Of a stretch of 64,000 bases of DNA, positions 28,363 through 39,199 are shown in pieces. Each line of letters opens with the position of its first letter. Position 1 is the first letter of the stretch. A program made the translations under genes and the position numbers. The notes below the pieces were generated by a model that worked only from the letters and a program-made list of their open reading frames with translations, had not been told where the DNA came from and did not search any database. This DNA is from Eledone cirrhosa. Taxonomy: Eukaryota. Location of the stretch: contig OZ024756.1 in NCBI GenBank assembly GCA_964016885.1, forward strand, positions 17,360,001 through 17,424,000. The letters run 5' to 3'.

Positions 28363-29420
28363 ACCCCCAAAATGGACCGCACGTCCAAGACGGAGGTTGC
28401 AAAGCACTGAGCATCATAGCTGACATTCACCACCTCCGACTTGGACTAGTTGACCTGGAGGCCGATTCCCGCCAGGGCAGGAACCACCGATTGAAGGTCA
28501 TGGCAGACAGTCTCCACGGGCCCACCCAGCGTAGCATCGTCCAGGTACAAAACGTTGAGAAGGGCCGTGATACTCCGGGCAATGTGGTCTATACCAAGGG
28601 CAAACAGGAGGGGGCCCAGAGGGTCACCCTGTTGGACCTCTGTTGGCCGAAGGTATGACCGTGTCAGTAGCAAGGAGCATGCTCGGGACTCCATATGACA
28701 AGTAGGCCAGCGGGTAGGCGGAGGGGGCTCGGCTGAGGAAGGCATTGAGCAGATGGTCCGGGCGTATGCAGTTAAAGGCATTCCTCATGTCAAGCTTGAC
28801 AATGAAGTGCCTGGAGTCCCTGGATGCCGGTTCCGGTAGGCAGCTATTGAAGAACTGCCTGGCTGCATGTGCGACCCCCTCACAGTCACCGGACACGCTG
28901 ACACCCAGTTACACCGGACTGAACTCACCCAGTTCAGGTGTTATGGACTTGCAGACCACCTTAGCAGCCAGCCTCCGGAAGACATTGTCCACAGCGATGG
29001 GGCGTATTACACCCTCTTTCTTCCTGAGAGCGGTCAGGCCAGCCGAAAATAAGAGGCCTCGGGCGTGGGGATCCAGGGCGCCATGGATGAGCCTATTGGT
29101 AAGTACCACAATAGTACTCAGAAGGCGGCGCCCGGCCTCAGCGGAGAGGGGGGGGATAGCAACGCCTAGAGGTGGCCTGGTCGGAGACCATCAGCACCTC
29201 CGCTGCTGCTAGCTGGGAAGGACTTGATGATAGACATGATGTCTGCGTCGGAAGCCACACGGAGCAGGTGGGGATCGGGTGGAGGTATGGGTCTGAGGTC
29301 AGCGGGTGGCTCAGGGTGCTTGAGTCGCAGGGCAGCCAGGACCAATTCGGTGGGTTGGCGGACAGTGTCGTCTGAGGCAACCAATCTGACTGCGGCTGAG
29401 ACATCACCCATGATTTTCAA
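28363..29420 (-). mobile_element. CRE-clade non-LTR retrotransposon reverse transcriptase fragment (frameshifted)
   Basis: SSGGADGLRPGHL; LTALRKKEGVIRPIAVDNVFRRLAAK; DCEGVAHAAR; KLDMRNAFN; VQQGDPLGPLLF; YLDD; GLQVN*SKSE. Visibly GC-rich relative to the window. Confidence 0.85.
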
Positions 29421-29634
29421 GATGAAAATGTCTTAAATAGAACCTGAATACAATAACTGTTTTTACTTTTTGGCACAAGGCCAGCAATTATCCCAGTGTA
29501 TTACTGGTACTTTATGTTATCGACCCCGTAAGGATGAAAGGCAAAGTTAACCTCGACGGGATTTGAACTCAGTCCGTACAATAATGAAAGTCCATTGACA
29601 ACTGAAAGAGCAAAGATTCCGTCGTGATACATTT

Positions 29635-29681
29635 TGACGTCACTAATAAGCAGTTTCCAAGCAACGGCAATCAGTGTTTGC
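29635..29681 (+). promoter_or_regulatory. Putative proximal promoter cluster: CRE, RFX X-box, MYB and Forkhead motifs
   Basis: TGACGTCA 29635-29642; GTTTCCAAGCAAC 29653-29665; CAACGG 29662-29667; TGTTTGC 29675-29681. All lie 49-95 bp upstream of the ATG of a ciliary gene. Confidence 0.55.
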
Positions 29682-29729
29682 TTTGAACATTCAAGAATTG
29701 TCGCTCAACTCTTTCACTGGTGTAACGAA

Positions 29730-29957
29730 ATGGAGGAGACTCTACCACCGACTTTACCATTTGAATATGCTATTCGTTCTACTGCACAAGGTGAACCATG
29801 GACCCGACTGGATATTAGGAATGGGAAATTTTATCAATACGGTTGGAGGAGTGATAAACACGATGATTATAAAGACCCTAGGGTCTTGTTGGGGAACTGG
29901 CGGGAAAGATCGTTCAGCGACAATGACGTCAAGAATATGAGTCCTTTAAAGTCTCAG
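29730..29957 (+). CDS. CFAP68: CFAP68/C11orf1 (UPF0686)-like protein, coding exon 1
   Basis: ATG at 29730 gives MEETLPPTLPFEYAIRSTAQGEPWTRLDIRNGKFYQYGWRSDKHDDYKDPRVLLGNWRERSFSDNDVKNMSPLKSQ. Motifs GEPWT, KFYQYGWR, LLGNW and PLKSQ parallel human C11orf1 (GEVWT, KFFQYGWR, LMGNW, PLPSQ, recalled). Ends at CAG|GTAAAA donor, phase 0. Confidence 0.9.
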
Positions 29958-30129
29958 GTAAAATATTTTAAACGTAATCTGCGTCTATATACTTTCTTTC
30001 CTTCCTTCCTTTCTTCTAAAATCGAGTCTTATTAGACAGGAGCCTATTCCGATTTCATGTGCCATTAAGTCATTGAGAATATAAAAATCTTCTTTGGGTG
30101 GGATGCGAACCTGTTGCCAAGTTAACCCT

Positions 30130-30531
30130 CAGTTAATAGCATAAGCAGTGAAAGAATAACTTATTGGGAAGAAAACATAACAACCTCCCATCAGTAACAA
30201 CAATGGAGCTAAAGGTGAGCTAAAGGTGAGAGAGGCACTGCCTCCCCGAGCAGATACAAACTATGCAGTGTGGAAGTGCCTAAACAGACTAAGATCTGGT
30301 GTTGGACGTGCAAAAGCTACTTTTGCAAAATGGGGGATATTGTGTGTGACTGCGACATCGAACCACAGACTACGCAATACCTCCTGATATGTCCCCTGCT
30401 GGAACACCCCTGCACAGCATTGGACTTGGCAGAGTTCAATGAGAAAGGACAGCAATGTGTTCAGCTGTGACGGAACCACATCTAGCCTAGCTTTGTAACT
30501 GACACTCTTGTGGACACGGCAAGAAGAAGAA
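30130..30531 (+). mobile_element. Ingi/Vingi-like LINE 3' fragment in CFAP68 intron 1
   Basis: WKCLNRLRSGVGRAKATFAKWG then CDCDIEPQTTQYLLICP (CCHC-like remnant), short (AAG)n tail. Nested in a decayed SINE. Confidence 0.7.
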
Positions 30532-31342
30532 GCTGGAGCAACATGAAAAGAAGTGCATTGCTTGAGGACACAATGTGCCACCTGATTCGGGGATCGATTC
30601 CATAACTTTATGATCGTAAAATCGACGCCCTACTCACAAGGCCACGTGTTTTTAATATTCAAATGTTTCCCCACCCCTTTCTCCGCTGCGTTAGAAAACA
30701 TCATAACATCTGACCAGATAGTATTGGGTGATAGAATCTGTAGATTATAGGTATTTAGTGATATCCCTTTAAATGTTGAGTTAAAACCTCACAATAGTCG
30801 ACTCTGTCATTGGTTCTTCTGGAGTTGATAAAATAAATACCAGTCAAATACTGAGGTCGGTGTATATTTTATTGCATTTACAACTATGTTTCACAATATC
30901 GTAACACCATTGTCTTGATATGTTTTGTTATTTATTTGTTTTACTAGAACATTCTATGATTTATGTTCCTATCCTTTTCGGGGTTTTATTTATTTACAGT
31001 CCATGACAGCATCGAGGGTACTTTTGAATTTTTCCCACTAACCAATCATTGCCCAGACCCGGAAATCGATGGAGTTCGCTGCGAAGTTATTATTCTGACT
31101 AATTTTTCGCCTTCAGTTTTAGGCGTATCATGCAACATCAGAGACTGTATTAATTTTTTTTAACAAGTTTCATTAGTACCCTCCATGCTGTCGCGGACTG
31201 TTAGTAAAATCTATGGGGATTTTCTAATGTGTGTATTTTTCTATTCTAATGCCGAAATAGATTCGACGATAGATCTCTACGTAAAGCTGTCACTCATTAC
31301 GTTACCTAGATCCTAAACATCAATATCAAAGTCTCTGGTTAA

Positions 31343-31563
31343 CCCTTTAGCATTTACATTACTCTATATTTACTATTATATTTTCACAGTAAAGTCTTTA
31401 CCTCACATAATTATCTCACATAATATCGAATCTATGAGATTTTGATATTATTTATTTTGAAAACAATACGTTAACATCAGTATGAGCAGCCAGTTCCAGC
31501 CGGTTTGAACACAAAGAGGTGAAAAACTTCTGGCCGGATACAGCCGGTTGAAATGCTAAAGGG
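31343..31563. mobile_element. piggyBac-like MITE (TTAA TSD)
   Basis: TTAA|CCCTTTAGCATTT...AAATGCTAAAGGG|TTAA. Other copies at 50727-50925, 52799-52991, ~53027-53155 (truncated), 58016-58220. Confidence 0.85.
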
Positions 31564-31906
31564 TTAAGACATCTGGGTAAGAGAGCCTGTAACCTGTTTG
31601 GCTTTTGACGCGAAGGACTGTCACTCATTACATTGCCTAGATCCCAAACTTCAATATCAGAGTCTCTGGCTATTAAGTGTTTTTGCACAAGAATACACAG
31701 AGAACCAAATACCGGAATCAAACCCACGACATTTTGATCCTAAGTTCAACAACTTAGCTACTAGGCCATTGAATGCGATACCTAACGATAACTAAATTAT
31801 ATATCAGTTAAATGTCTTGGTGATGGGCACAGTACAGTGGAATGTGGAAACTATTTCCTGTACAGTCCACTGTAAGATTGTGGACACGGGCAGCGTCGAC
31901 AACGAA

Positions 31907-32277
31907 AGACTGTAGACACTGTAAGACTGTAGACACTGTAAGACTGTAGACACTGTAAGACTGTAGACACTGTAAGACTGTAGATACTGTAAGACTATAG
32001 ACACTGTAAGACTGTAGACACTGTAAGACTATAGACACTGTAAGACTGTAGACACTGTAAGACTGTAGACACTGTAAGACTGTAGACACTGTAAGACTGT
32101 AGACACTGTAAGACTGTAGACACTGTAAGACTGTAGACACTGTAAGACTGTAGACACTGTAAGACTATAGACACTGTAAGACTATAGACACTGTAAGACT
32201 GTAGACACTGTAAGACTGTAGACACTGTAAGACTGTAGACACTGTAAGACTGTAGACACTGTAAGACTATAGACACA
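31907..32277. repeat. 17-bp minisatellite (GACTGTAGACACTGTAA)n in intron 1
   Basis: About 22 near-identical units. Confidence 0.95.
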
Positions 32278-32278
32278 G

Positions 32279-32460
32279 TGAGGTCGGAAAGGCTGGTGAC
32301 CGCTGGCTCTATATTATATACCTTCTATATATTTACAGTGAGGTCGGAAAAGGCTGGTGACCGCTGGCTCTATATTATATACCTTCCATATATTTACAGT
32401 GAGGTCGGAAAAGGCTGGTGACCGCTGGCTCTATATTATATACCTTTTATATATTTACAG
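32279..32460 (+). repeat. 3 x 60-61 bp tandem repeat containing the exon-2 splice acceptor
   Basis: Units 32279-32338, 32339-32399, 32400-32460. Each starts TGAGGTCGG and ends ATATTTACAG. Confidence 0.95.
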
Positions 32461-32542
32461 TTTGGGAACTACTTCAAGACCACCTACCAATCAGACTACA
32501 GCCGTCCTAATATAGAACCCAAATTCAGTAGAGGCTGCAAAG
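32461..32542 (+). CDS. CFAP68: CFAP68-like coding exon 2
   Basis: TTTACAG acceptor, then FGNYFKTTYQSDYSRPNIEPKFSRGCK, continuing the family motif SQ|FGHYFETTY. Donor AAG|GTTACA (phase 1) is weak, so the 3' boundary is less certain. Confidence 0.85.
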
Positions 32543-32982
32543 GTTACAACAAATCCTATTATGTTCTCAAACACACACACACACACACATATTAACAACG
32601 ACTGACACACACCTTAACGACTGACACACACACATTAACAACGGCACACACACACGCACGTCAACAACGACTCACACACACATTAACAAAGACTCACACA
32701 CACACACACACACATTAACAAAGACTCACACACACATACATACATTAACAACGACTCGCACTCATACATACATACACACACACATTAACAACGATACACA
32801 CACACACACATTAACAACGACCCCAACACACATTAACAAAGACCCACACACACACATTAACAACGACCCACACACACACATACACACACACGTTAACAAA
32901 GACCCCCCCCCCCACACACACACACACATTAACAAAGACCCCACACACACATTCTAACGTGTCTTATTCATTATTGTCTCAG

Positions 32983-33143
32983 GTCACTATGCCGGTGCCT
33001 ACCCTAATTTTCAGCCAGTAGAGGACTTTCAGAGCAGGCAGGACACCTTTAAGACGATCTACAAGAATGCCTACGAACATCAGTGTTCAGACAAGAAACC
33101 TTCCAAATTGCTACTACATGATAGAAACAGTTCATTAAAATAG
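32983..33143 (+). CDS. CFAP68: CFAP68-like coding exon 3 (terminal)
   Basis: Branch-like TTCTAAC (~32952), pyrimidine tract, TCTCAG acceptor. Phase-1 join gives GHYAGAYPNFQPVEDFQSRQDTFKTIYKNAYEHQCSDKKPSKLLLHDRNSSLK* (cf. family FPGHQPE...KSTYMNSY). TAG at 33141-33143; total 156 aa. Confidence 0.82.
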
Positions 33144-33167
33144 GATTACACGAGTGGATTTTGGAAA

Positions 33168-33173
33168 AATAAA
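33168..33173 (+). terminator. Polyadenylation signal candidate for CFAP68-like gene
   Basis: AATAAA 25 nt after the stop codon, followed by T/GT-rich sequence at ~33195-33245. Confidence 0.55.
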
Positions 33174-33434
33174 GAGGAAATGAAGATGTTCTACTTTCAT
33201 TTTTTTTATTACTGTTATGTTGTAAAGGCTGCTGTTGTTGTTGTTTAGCCCCAGGCCAGTCCCCCGATCGAGAAGACGTATGATCCAAGACATGCAGCAA
33301 ACAGATAGAGTCCTTACAAGTAGCAGGGAGTAATTTGGGAAAGATTTAGCTGGTATTTCTAGCAGCTTGAGAGTCCACGTGGAGACTGCCTGGTGTATTT
33401 AGTGTGTTGTGGGGTGGTGTATCCAATCTGCTTG

Positions 33435-34185
33435 ATGTAGTGTGGTGTGGTGTGGTGTGGTGTGGTGTGGTGTGGTGTGGTGTGGTGTGGTGTGGTGTGG
33501 TGTGGTGTGGTGTGGTGTGGTCTTGTGTGGTGTGATGTGGTCTTTTGTGGTGTGGTGTAGTGTGGTCTTTTGTGGTGTGGTGTGATGTAGTGTGGTGTGA
33601 TATAGTGTGGTGTGATGTAGTGTGTTGTAGTGTAGTGTAGAGTGGTGTGGTGTAGTGTGTTGTGGTGTGGTGTAGTGTAGTGTGGTGTGGTGTGGTCTGA
33701 TGTGGTGTGGTATGGTGTGGTGTGGTGTGGTATGGTGTGGTGTGGTGTGATGTGGTCTTGTGTGGTGTGGTAAGGTGTGGTGTAGTGTAGTGTGGTGTGG
33801 TGTGGTGTGATGTGGTGTGATGTGGTGTGGTGTGGTGTGGTGTGGTGTGGTGTGGTGTGGTGTGGTGTAGTGTGGTGTAGTGTGGTGTGATGTGGTGTGG
33901 TCTTGTGTGATATGATGTAGTGTGGTGAAGTGTGGTGTAGTGTGGTGTAGTGTGGTGTAGTGAGGTGTAGTGTGTTGTGGTGTAGTGTGGTGTGATGTGG
34001 TATAGTGTAGTGTGTTGTGGTGTAGTGTAGTGTGGTGTAGTGTAGTGTGGTATGGTGTGGTGTGGTGTAGTGTGGTGTGGTGTGATGTGGTGTGGTGTGA
34101 TGTGGTGTAATCTTGTGTGGTCTTGTGTAGTGTGGTGTAGTGTGGTATAGTGTGGTGTAGTGTAGTGTGGTGTGGTGTAGTGTGC
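33435..34185. repeat. (TGTGG/TGTAG)n pentanucleotide array
   Basis: Direct inspection. Confidence 0.95.
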
Positions 34186-34276
34186 AAGTGACTCAATATA
34201 TTAATAGAGTGTAATCATCAGGAAAGCTTTCCTAGTGATTTCTTTCGAATGAAACAGTTCTAATCCTGTAGACGCC

Positions 34277-34326
<50 letters not shown>

Positions 34327-34648
34327 CGAAGGAAATGTGGTAAGGAACCAGGTGGACCATAACGCACCAAAGTACTCAATACTTAGGGTAGTAGAGTGGG
34401 TAATTCCAGAATTAGCCGTCGAAACGGCTTGAGCTCAGCCGTCGGGGTCCTACTCGTTCCTATATATATATATATATATATATGCATCAAAACAATTCAT
34501 AAATTATTAATAAATTGTGTTTTGATGCATCACTGATACCTCGTTATCTATAATAATATACTCTGCCTGCTCTGCTCCGCGCGAGCATCGAGTGCTCAAA
34601 CGGCATACCGCATACGGACGCATTTATTGCAACCATACAACTATATAT

Positions 34649-34682
<34 letters not shown>

Positions 34683-35141
34683 CGAAGGAATCTACCATAA
34701 GTTTTTGGTTATTTCTGCTATATCTCCCACATCTTGTCTCCCCCCCCCCCTTTTTTCTCTCTCCTTTCATCAACTAAAACTCTGTGATTGTGTGTTTGTC
34801 TGTAATGTAATACAGCCGAAACGGCGCATAATGGGAAAATACTTTGAAAGGAAGTTGCCCCTAAAATGGGAATACAAATGGAATAAAACAAGTTTCGCGT
34901 AAATTGGAGCACGGGAACCTTCATAAATAGAGAGAGAGAGAAAGTGAGATAGTGGTTGTGACAGATTGGTTGTTCAAAACCTCAGACACAAGCTGACTCC
35001 TGGTCACAACGGGGAAACAGTCGATGGGGTACAACCCCCCCCCCCCCCACAGATACAAGCTGACTCCTGGTCCCAGCAGATAGAATGGGGTAGTATGAGG
35101 GGGAGACTTTCGCTGGGGTACAAAACCCCAGACACACGCCA

Positions 35142-35318
35142 CCAGACCTGCCAACCTCTAAAAGCCCAAACGGGGTGTACCATGAAAAAAAAGTGTCCCA
35201 AAACGGGGAGATTTTACATAATGAAAGCTATACCCATTTTCACAAGAGAAGACATCTCTTATCCACCCTAAAGTGAATGGGAGATCTCTCCGTCCGACGG
35301 GGAGAGTTACATGTCTGA
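35142..35318 (+). mobile_element. Short TIR-type element (CAGACCTGCCAAC termini)
   Basis: Dispersed copies at 47533-47728(+), 46715-46825(-, partial), 57271-57297 (end only). Imperfect TIRs CAGACCTGCCAAC / GTTGATAGGTGTG. Confidence 0.6.
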
Positions 35319-35974
35319 CAAACTGACTCCTGGTCCCAGCAGATAGAAGGAAGAAAGCATTACCCCCGGAGTATAAAGAGAGAGTGACCTGTCGTTGATA
35401 TAGCCATTACAACTGGTGGGGCCCACCCTCTGCTGTGGGTGATCAACTCCATCTCGATGACAGTTGTATTTCTGCCGGTTTATGAACAAGTCATCGTTAA
35501 TGAATCTCATTAAGCAGCGGGCTTTTTTGTTTTAATTTGAGGGAGATTTTTTTGGCTCTTTTGTTTAGCGTGTCAAGCGACCGCATAAAAACTCCTTCGT
35601 TGGCACTTGTTGTTGTTGTTGTTGTTTAGCTCCAGGTCAGCCTAATCAAGCAACCCTATAATCAAAGGCATTCCAGCCGTGACCATCCTGTTTTTTTCCT
35701 ATAAGTAAAGAAATCCAGGGCCACCTTATCCAAAATGGCCCTTTCTAAGATGGTGGGATATGATATATGATATGATATGAGGGAGATTCGACTACTATTT
35801 CTAACAGGTCAAGTGACTATGTAGAGCCTTCGTGTGTTTCGCCTTATAATTAAAACAATGTTGTCTCTGATCGAGACGAAGCGTAAGTGTATTTGAATAC
35901 AAATAAAAATGAGAAAACTTATCGCTCGAACAGCCGCTAAATGTTGTCAAAGACAGCGAGGGGCAAATTGTCCC

Positions 35975-36600
35975 AGTGTGTAATACATATATTTCACGTT
36001 TCTGTTGTGTAATGTACTACTGTATTAAATGTACGTATTTCACGTTAATGTTGTGTAATGTGTTACTGTATTAAGTGCATATATTTCACGTTGCTGCTGT
36101 GTAATGTGTTACTGTGTTAAATATTTCACGTTACTATTGTGTAATGTACTACTGTATTAAATGTACATATTTCACGTTTCTGTTGTGTAATGTGTTACTG
36201 TATTAAATGTGCATATTTCACGTTATTATTGTGTAATGTGTTACTGTATTAAATGTGTATATTTCACGTTACTATTGTGTAATGTGTTACTGTATTAAAT
36301 GTGTATATTTCACGTTACTATTGTGTAATGTGTTACTGTATTAAATGTGTATATTTCACGTTACTATTGTGTAATGTGTTACTGTATTAAATGTGTATAT
36401 TTCACGTTACTATTGTGTAATGTGTTACTGTATTAAATGTGTATATTTCACGTTACTATTGTGTAATGTGTTACTGTATTAAATGTGTATATTTCACGTT
36501 ACTATTGTGTAATGTGTTACTGTATTAAATGTGTATATTTCACGTTACTGTTGTGTAATGTGTCACTGTGTTAAATGTGTATATTTCACGTTATTGCTGT
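35975..36600. repeat. 46-bp AT-rich minisatellite
   Basis: TATTTCACGTTACTATTGTGTAATGTGTTACTGTATTAAATGTGTA with period 46 (CACG at 36265, 36311). Resumes briefly at 36785-36850 after a MITE. Confidence 0.95.
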
Positions 36601-36603
36601 ATG

Positions 36604-36777
36604 CAGTGAAATTCCGTTATAACGAAATTCATGAGGTATAAAAAAAATTCGTTGTAATGAAAAATTCTTTATAACGAGATCGATTTATCACATCGAGCGA
36701 GTAGCCGAGGATTGAAATAAATTCGTTATACTGAAAAATTCGTTATAATGGTATTCGTTATAACAGAATTTTACCTG
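36604..36777. mobile_element. Tigger/pogo-like MITE
   Basis: TIRs CAGTGAAATTCCGTTATAACGAA / TTCGTTATAACAGAATTTTACCTG, followed by TA. Confidence 0.7.
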
Positions 36778-36919
36778 TAGTGCGCTGCTGTGTTAAATGT
36801 ATATATTTCACGTTAATGTGTAATGTGATACTGCATTAAATGTGTATATTTTATGCGGTGTTATGACATCACATGACGCAAAATGACCTCACGTGGAGAA
36901 ATCTGACCCTACACGTTTT

Positions 36920-39065
36920 GTGGGTGGAAGTGGTGCTGGTGGGGACTGTGGTACTAGTGGAGGAGGTGGTGGTGGTGTAGTGCTGATGCTGGCGGCGATG
37001 ATGATGATGACTGGCGGTGGTGGTGCTGGTGGTGGTAGTGATGCTGGTGATGGTAGTGGTGCTGGCGGTAGTAGTAATGGTGCTGGTGGTAGTAGTAATG
37101 GTGGTGGTGGTGGTGATGGTGGTGGTGATGGTAGTAGTGGTGGTGGTGGTGGTGGTGATGGTGGTGGTGGTGGTGGTGGTGATGGTGGTGGTGGTGATGC
37201 TGGTGATGGTAGTGGTGCTGGTGGTAGTAGTAATGGTGGTGGTGGTGGTGGTGGTAGTGGTGGTGATGCTGGTGATAGTAGTGGTGCTGGTGATGGTAGT
37301 GGTGATAGTGGTAGTAGTAATGGTGGTGATGGTGGTGGTCGTGGTTGGTGGTGATGCTGGTGATGGTAGTGGTGCTGGTGGTGGCGATAGTGGTGGTGGT
37401 GATGCTAGTGGTGCTGGTGGTAGTAGTAATGGTGGTGGTGATGGTGGTGGTGATGGTGGTGGTGGTGATGATGATGCTGGTGATGGTAGTGGTGCTGGTG
37501 GTGGTGATAGTGGTGCTGGTGATGGTAGTGGTGCTGGTGGTTGTAGTAATGGTGGTGGTGATGGTGGTGGTGGTGGTGGTGATGATGCTGGTGCTGGTGG
37601 TAGTAGTAATGGTGGTGTGATGGTGGTGGTGGTGGTGGTGGTGGTGGTGGTGGTGGTGGTGGTGGTGGTGATGCTGGTGCTGGTGGTAGTAGTAATGGTG
37701 GTGGTGATGGTGGTGGTGGTGGTGGTGGTGGTGGTGGTGATGATGCTGGTGCTGGTGGTAGTAGTAATGGTGGTGGTGGTGGTGGTGGTGATGATGCTGG
37801 TGCTGGTGGTTGTAGTAATGGTGGTGGTGGTGGTGGTGGTGGTGATGATGCTGGTGCTTGTGGTTGTAGTAATGGTGGTGGTGATGGTGGTGGTGATGGT
37901 GGTGGTGGTGGTGGTGATGATGCTGGTGCTGGTGGTAGTAGTAATGGTGGTGTGATGGTGGTGGTGGTGGTGGTGGTGGTGGTGGTGGTGGTGGTTGTGG
38001 TGGTGGTGGTGGTGATGATGCTGGTGCTGGTGGTTGTAGTAATGGTGGTGTGATGGTGGTGGTGGTGGTGGTGATGATGCTGGTGCTGGTGGTTGTAGTA
38101 ATGGTGGTGTGATGGTGGTGGTGGTGGTGGTGATGATGCTGGTGCTGGTGGTTGTAGTAATGGTGGTGTGATGGTGGTGGTGATGGTGGTGGTGATGGTA
38201 GTGGTGGTAGTGGTACTGGTGGTGTGATGGTGGTGGTGGTGGTGGTGATGATGCTGGTGCTGGTGGTTGTAGTAATGGTGGTGTGATGGTGGTGGTGATG
38301 GTGGTGGTGATGGTAGTGGTGGTAGTGGTACTGGTGGTGTGATGGTGGTGGTGGTGGTGGTGATGATGCTGGTGCTGGTGGTAGTAGTAATGGTGGTGTG
38401 ATGGTGGTGGTGGTGGTGGTGGTGGTGGTGGTGGTGGTGGCTGTGGTGGTGGTGGTGGTGATGATGCTGGTGCTGGTGGTTGTAGTAATGGTGGTGTGAT
38501 GGTGGTGGTGGTGGTGGTGATGATGCTGGTGCTGGTGGTTGTAGTAATGGTGGTGTGATGGTGGTGGTGGTGGTGGTGATGATGCTGGTGCTGGTGGTTG
38601 TAGTAATGGTGGTGTGATGGTGGTGGTGGTGGTGGTGATGATGCTGGTGCTGGTGGTTGTAGTAATGGTGGTGTGATGGTGGTGGTGGTGGTGGTGATGA
38701 TGCTGGTGCTGGTGGTTGTAGTAATGGTGGTGTGATGGTGGTGGTGATGGTGGTGGTGATGGTAGTGGTGGTAGTGGTACTGGTGGTAGTAGTAATGTTG
38801 CTGGTGGTAGTAGTAATGGTGCTGGTGGTGTTGATGGTGGTGATAGTAGTGGTGCTGGTGGTAGAAGTGATGGTGGTGGTGATGGTGAGGCTGGCTGTAG
38901 TGGTGGTGGTGGTGGTGGTGGTGTTAGGGCAGAAGTAATAACGATGTAGTGACGGCGGTAGTGGCGGGCAATAGTGGTGGTAGTCGTAGTAAGAGTAGTG
39001 GTGAGAGTAAGGGATGTGATGCTGAGTGTAGTAGTAGTAGTGGTGGTGTTGGAGGTGGTAGTGAT
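36920..39065. repeat. (GGT/GAT/GCT/AGT) triplet-derived satellite with ~59-bp higher-order unit
   Basis: Recurring GATGATGCTGGTGCTGGTGGTTGTAGTAATGGTGGTGTGATGGTGG blocks. Confidence 0.9.
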
Positions 39066-39199
39066 AAGAAAGAGAGAGCAAACGAGACACGTCGACGGAA
39101 AGAGAGAGGGAGGAGAAGGAAATGGGGAGAGAGGGAGAGGGAGAGAGAGACAGTTAAGAAATAGAGATGTTATCGACAGAAGGTGTATGTAGAGACGTA

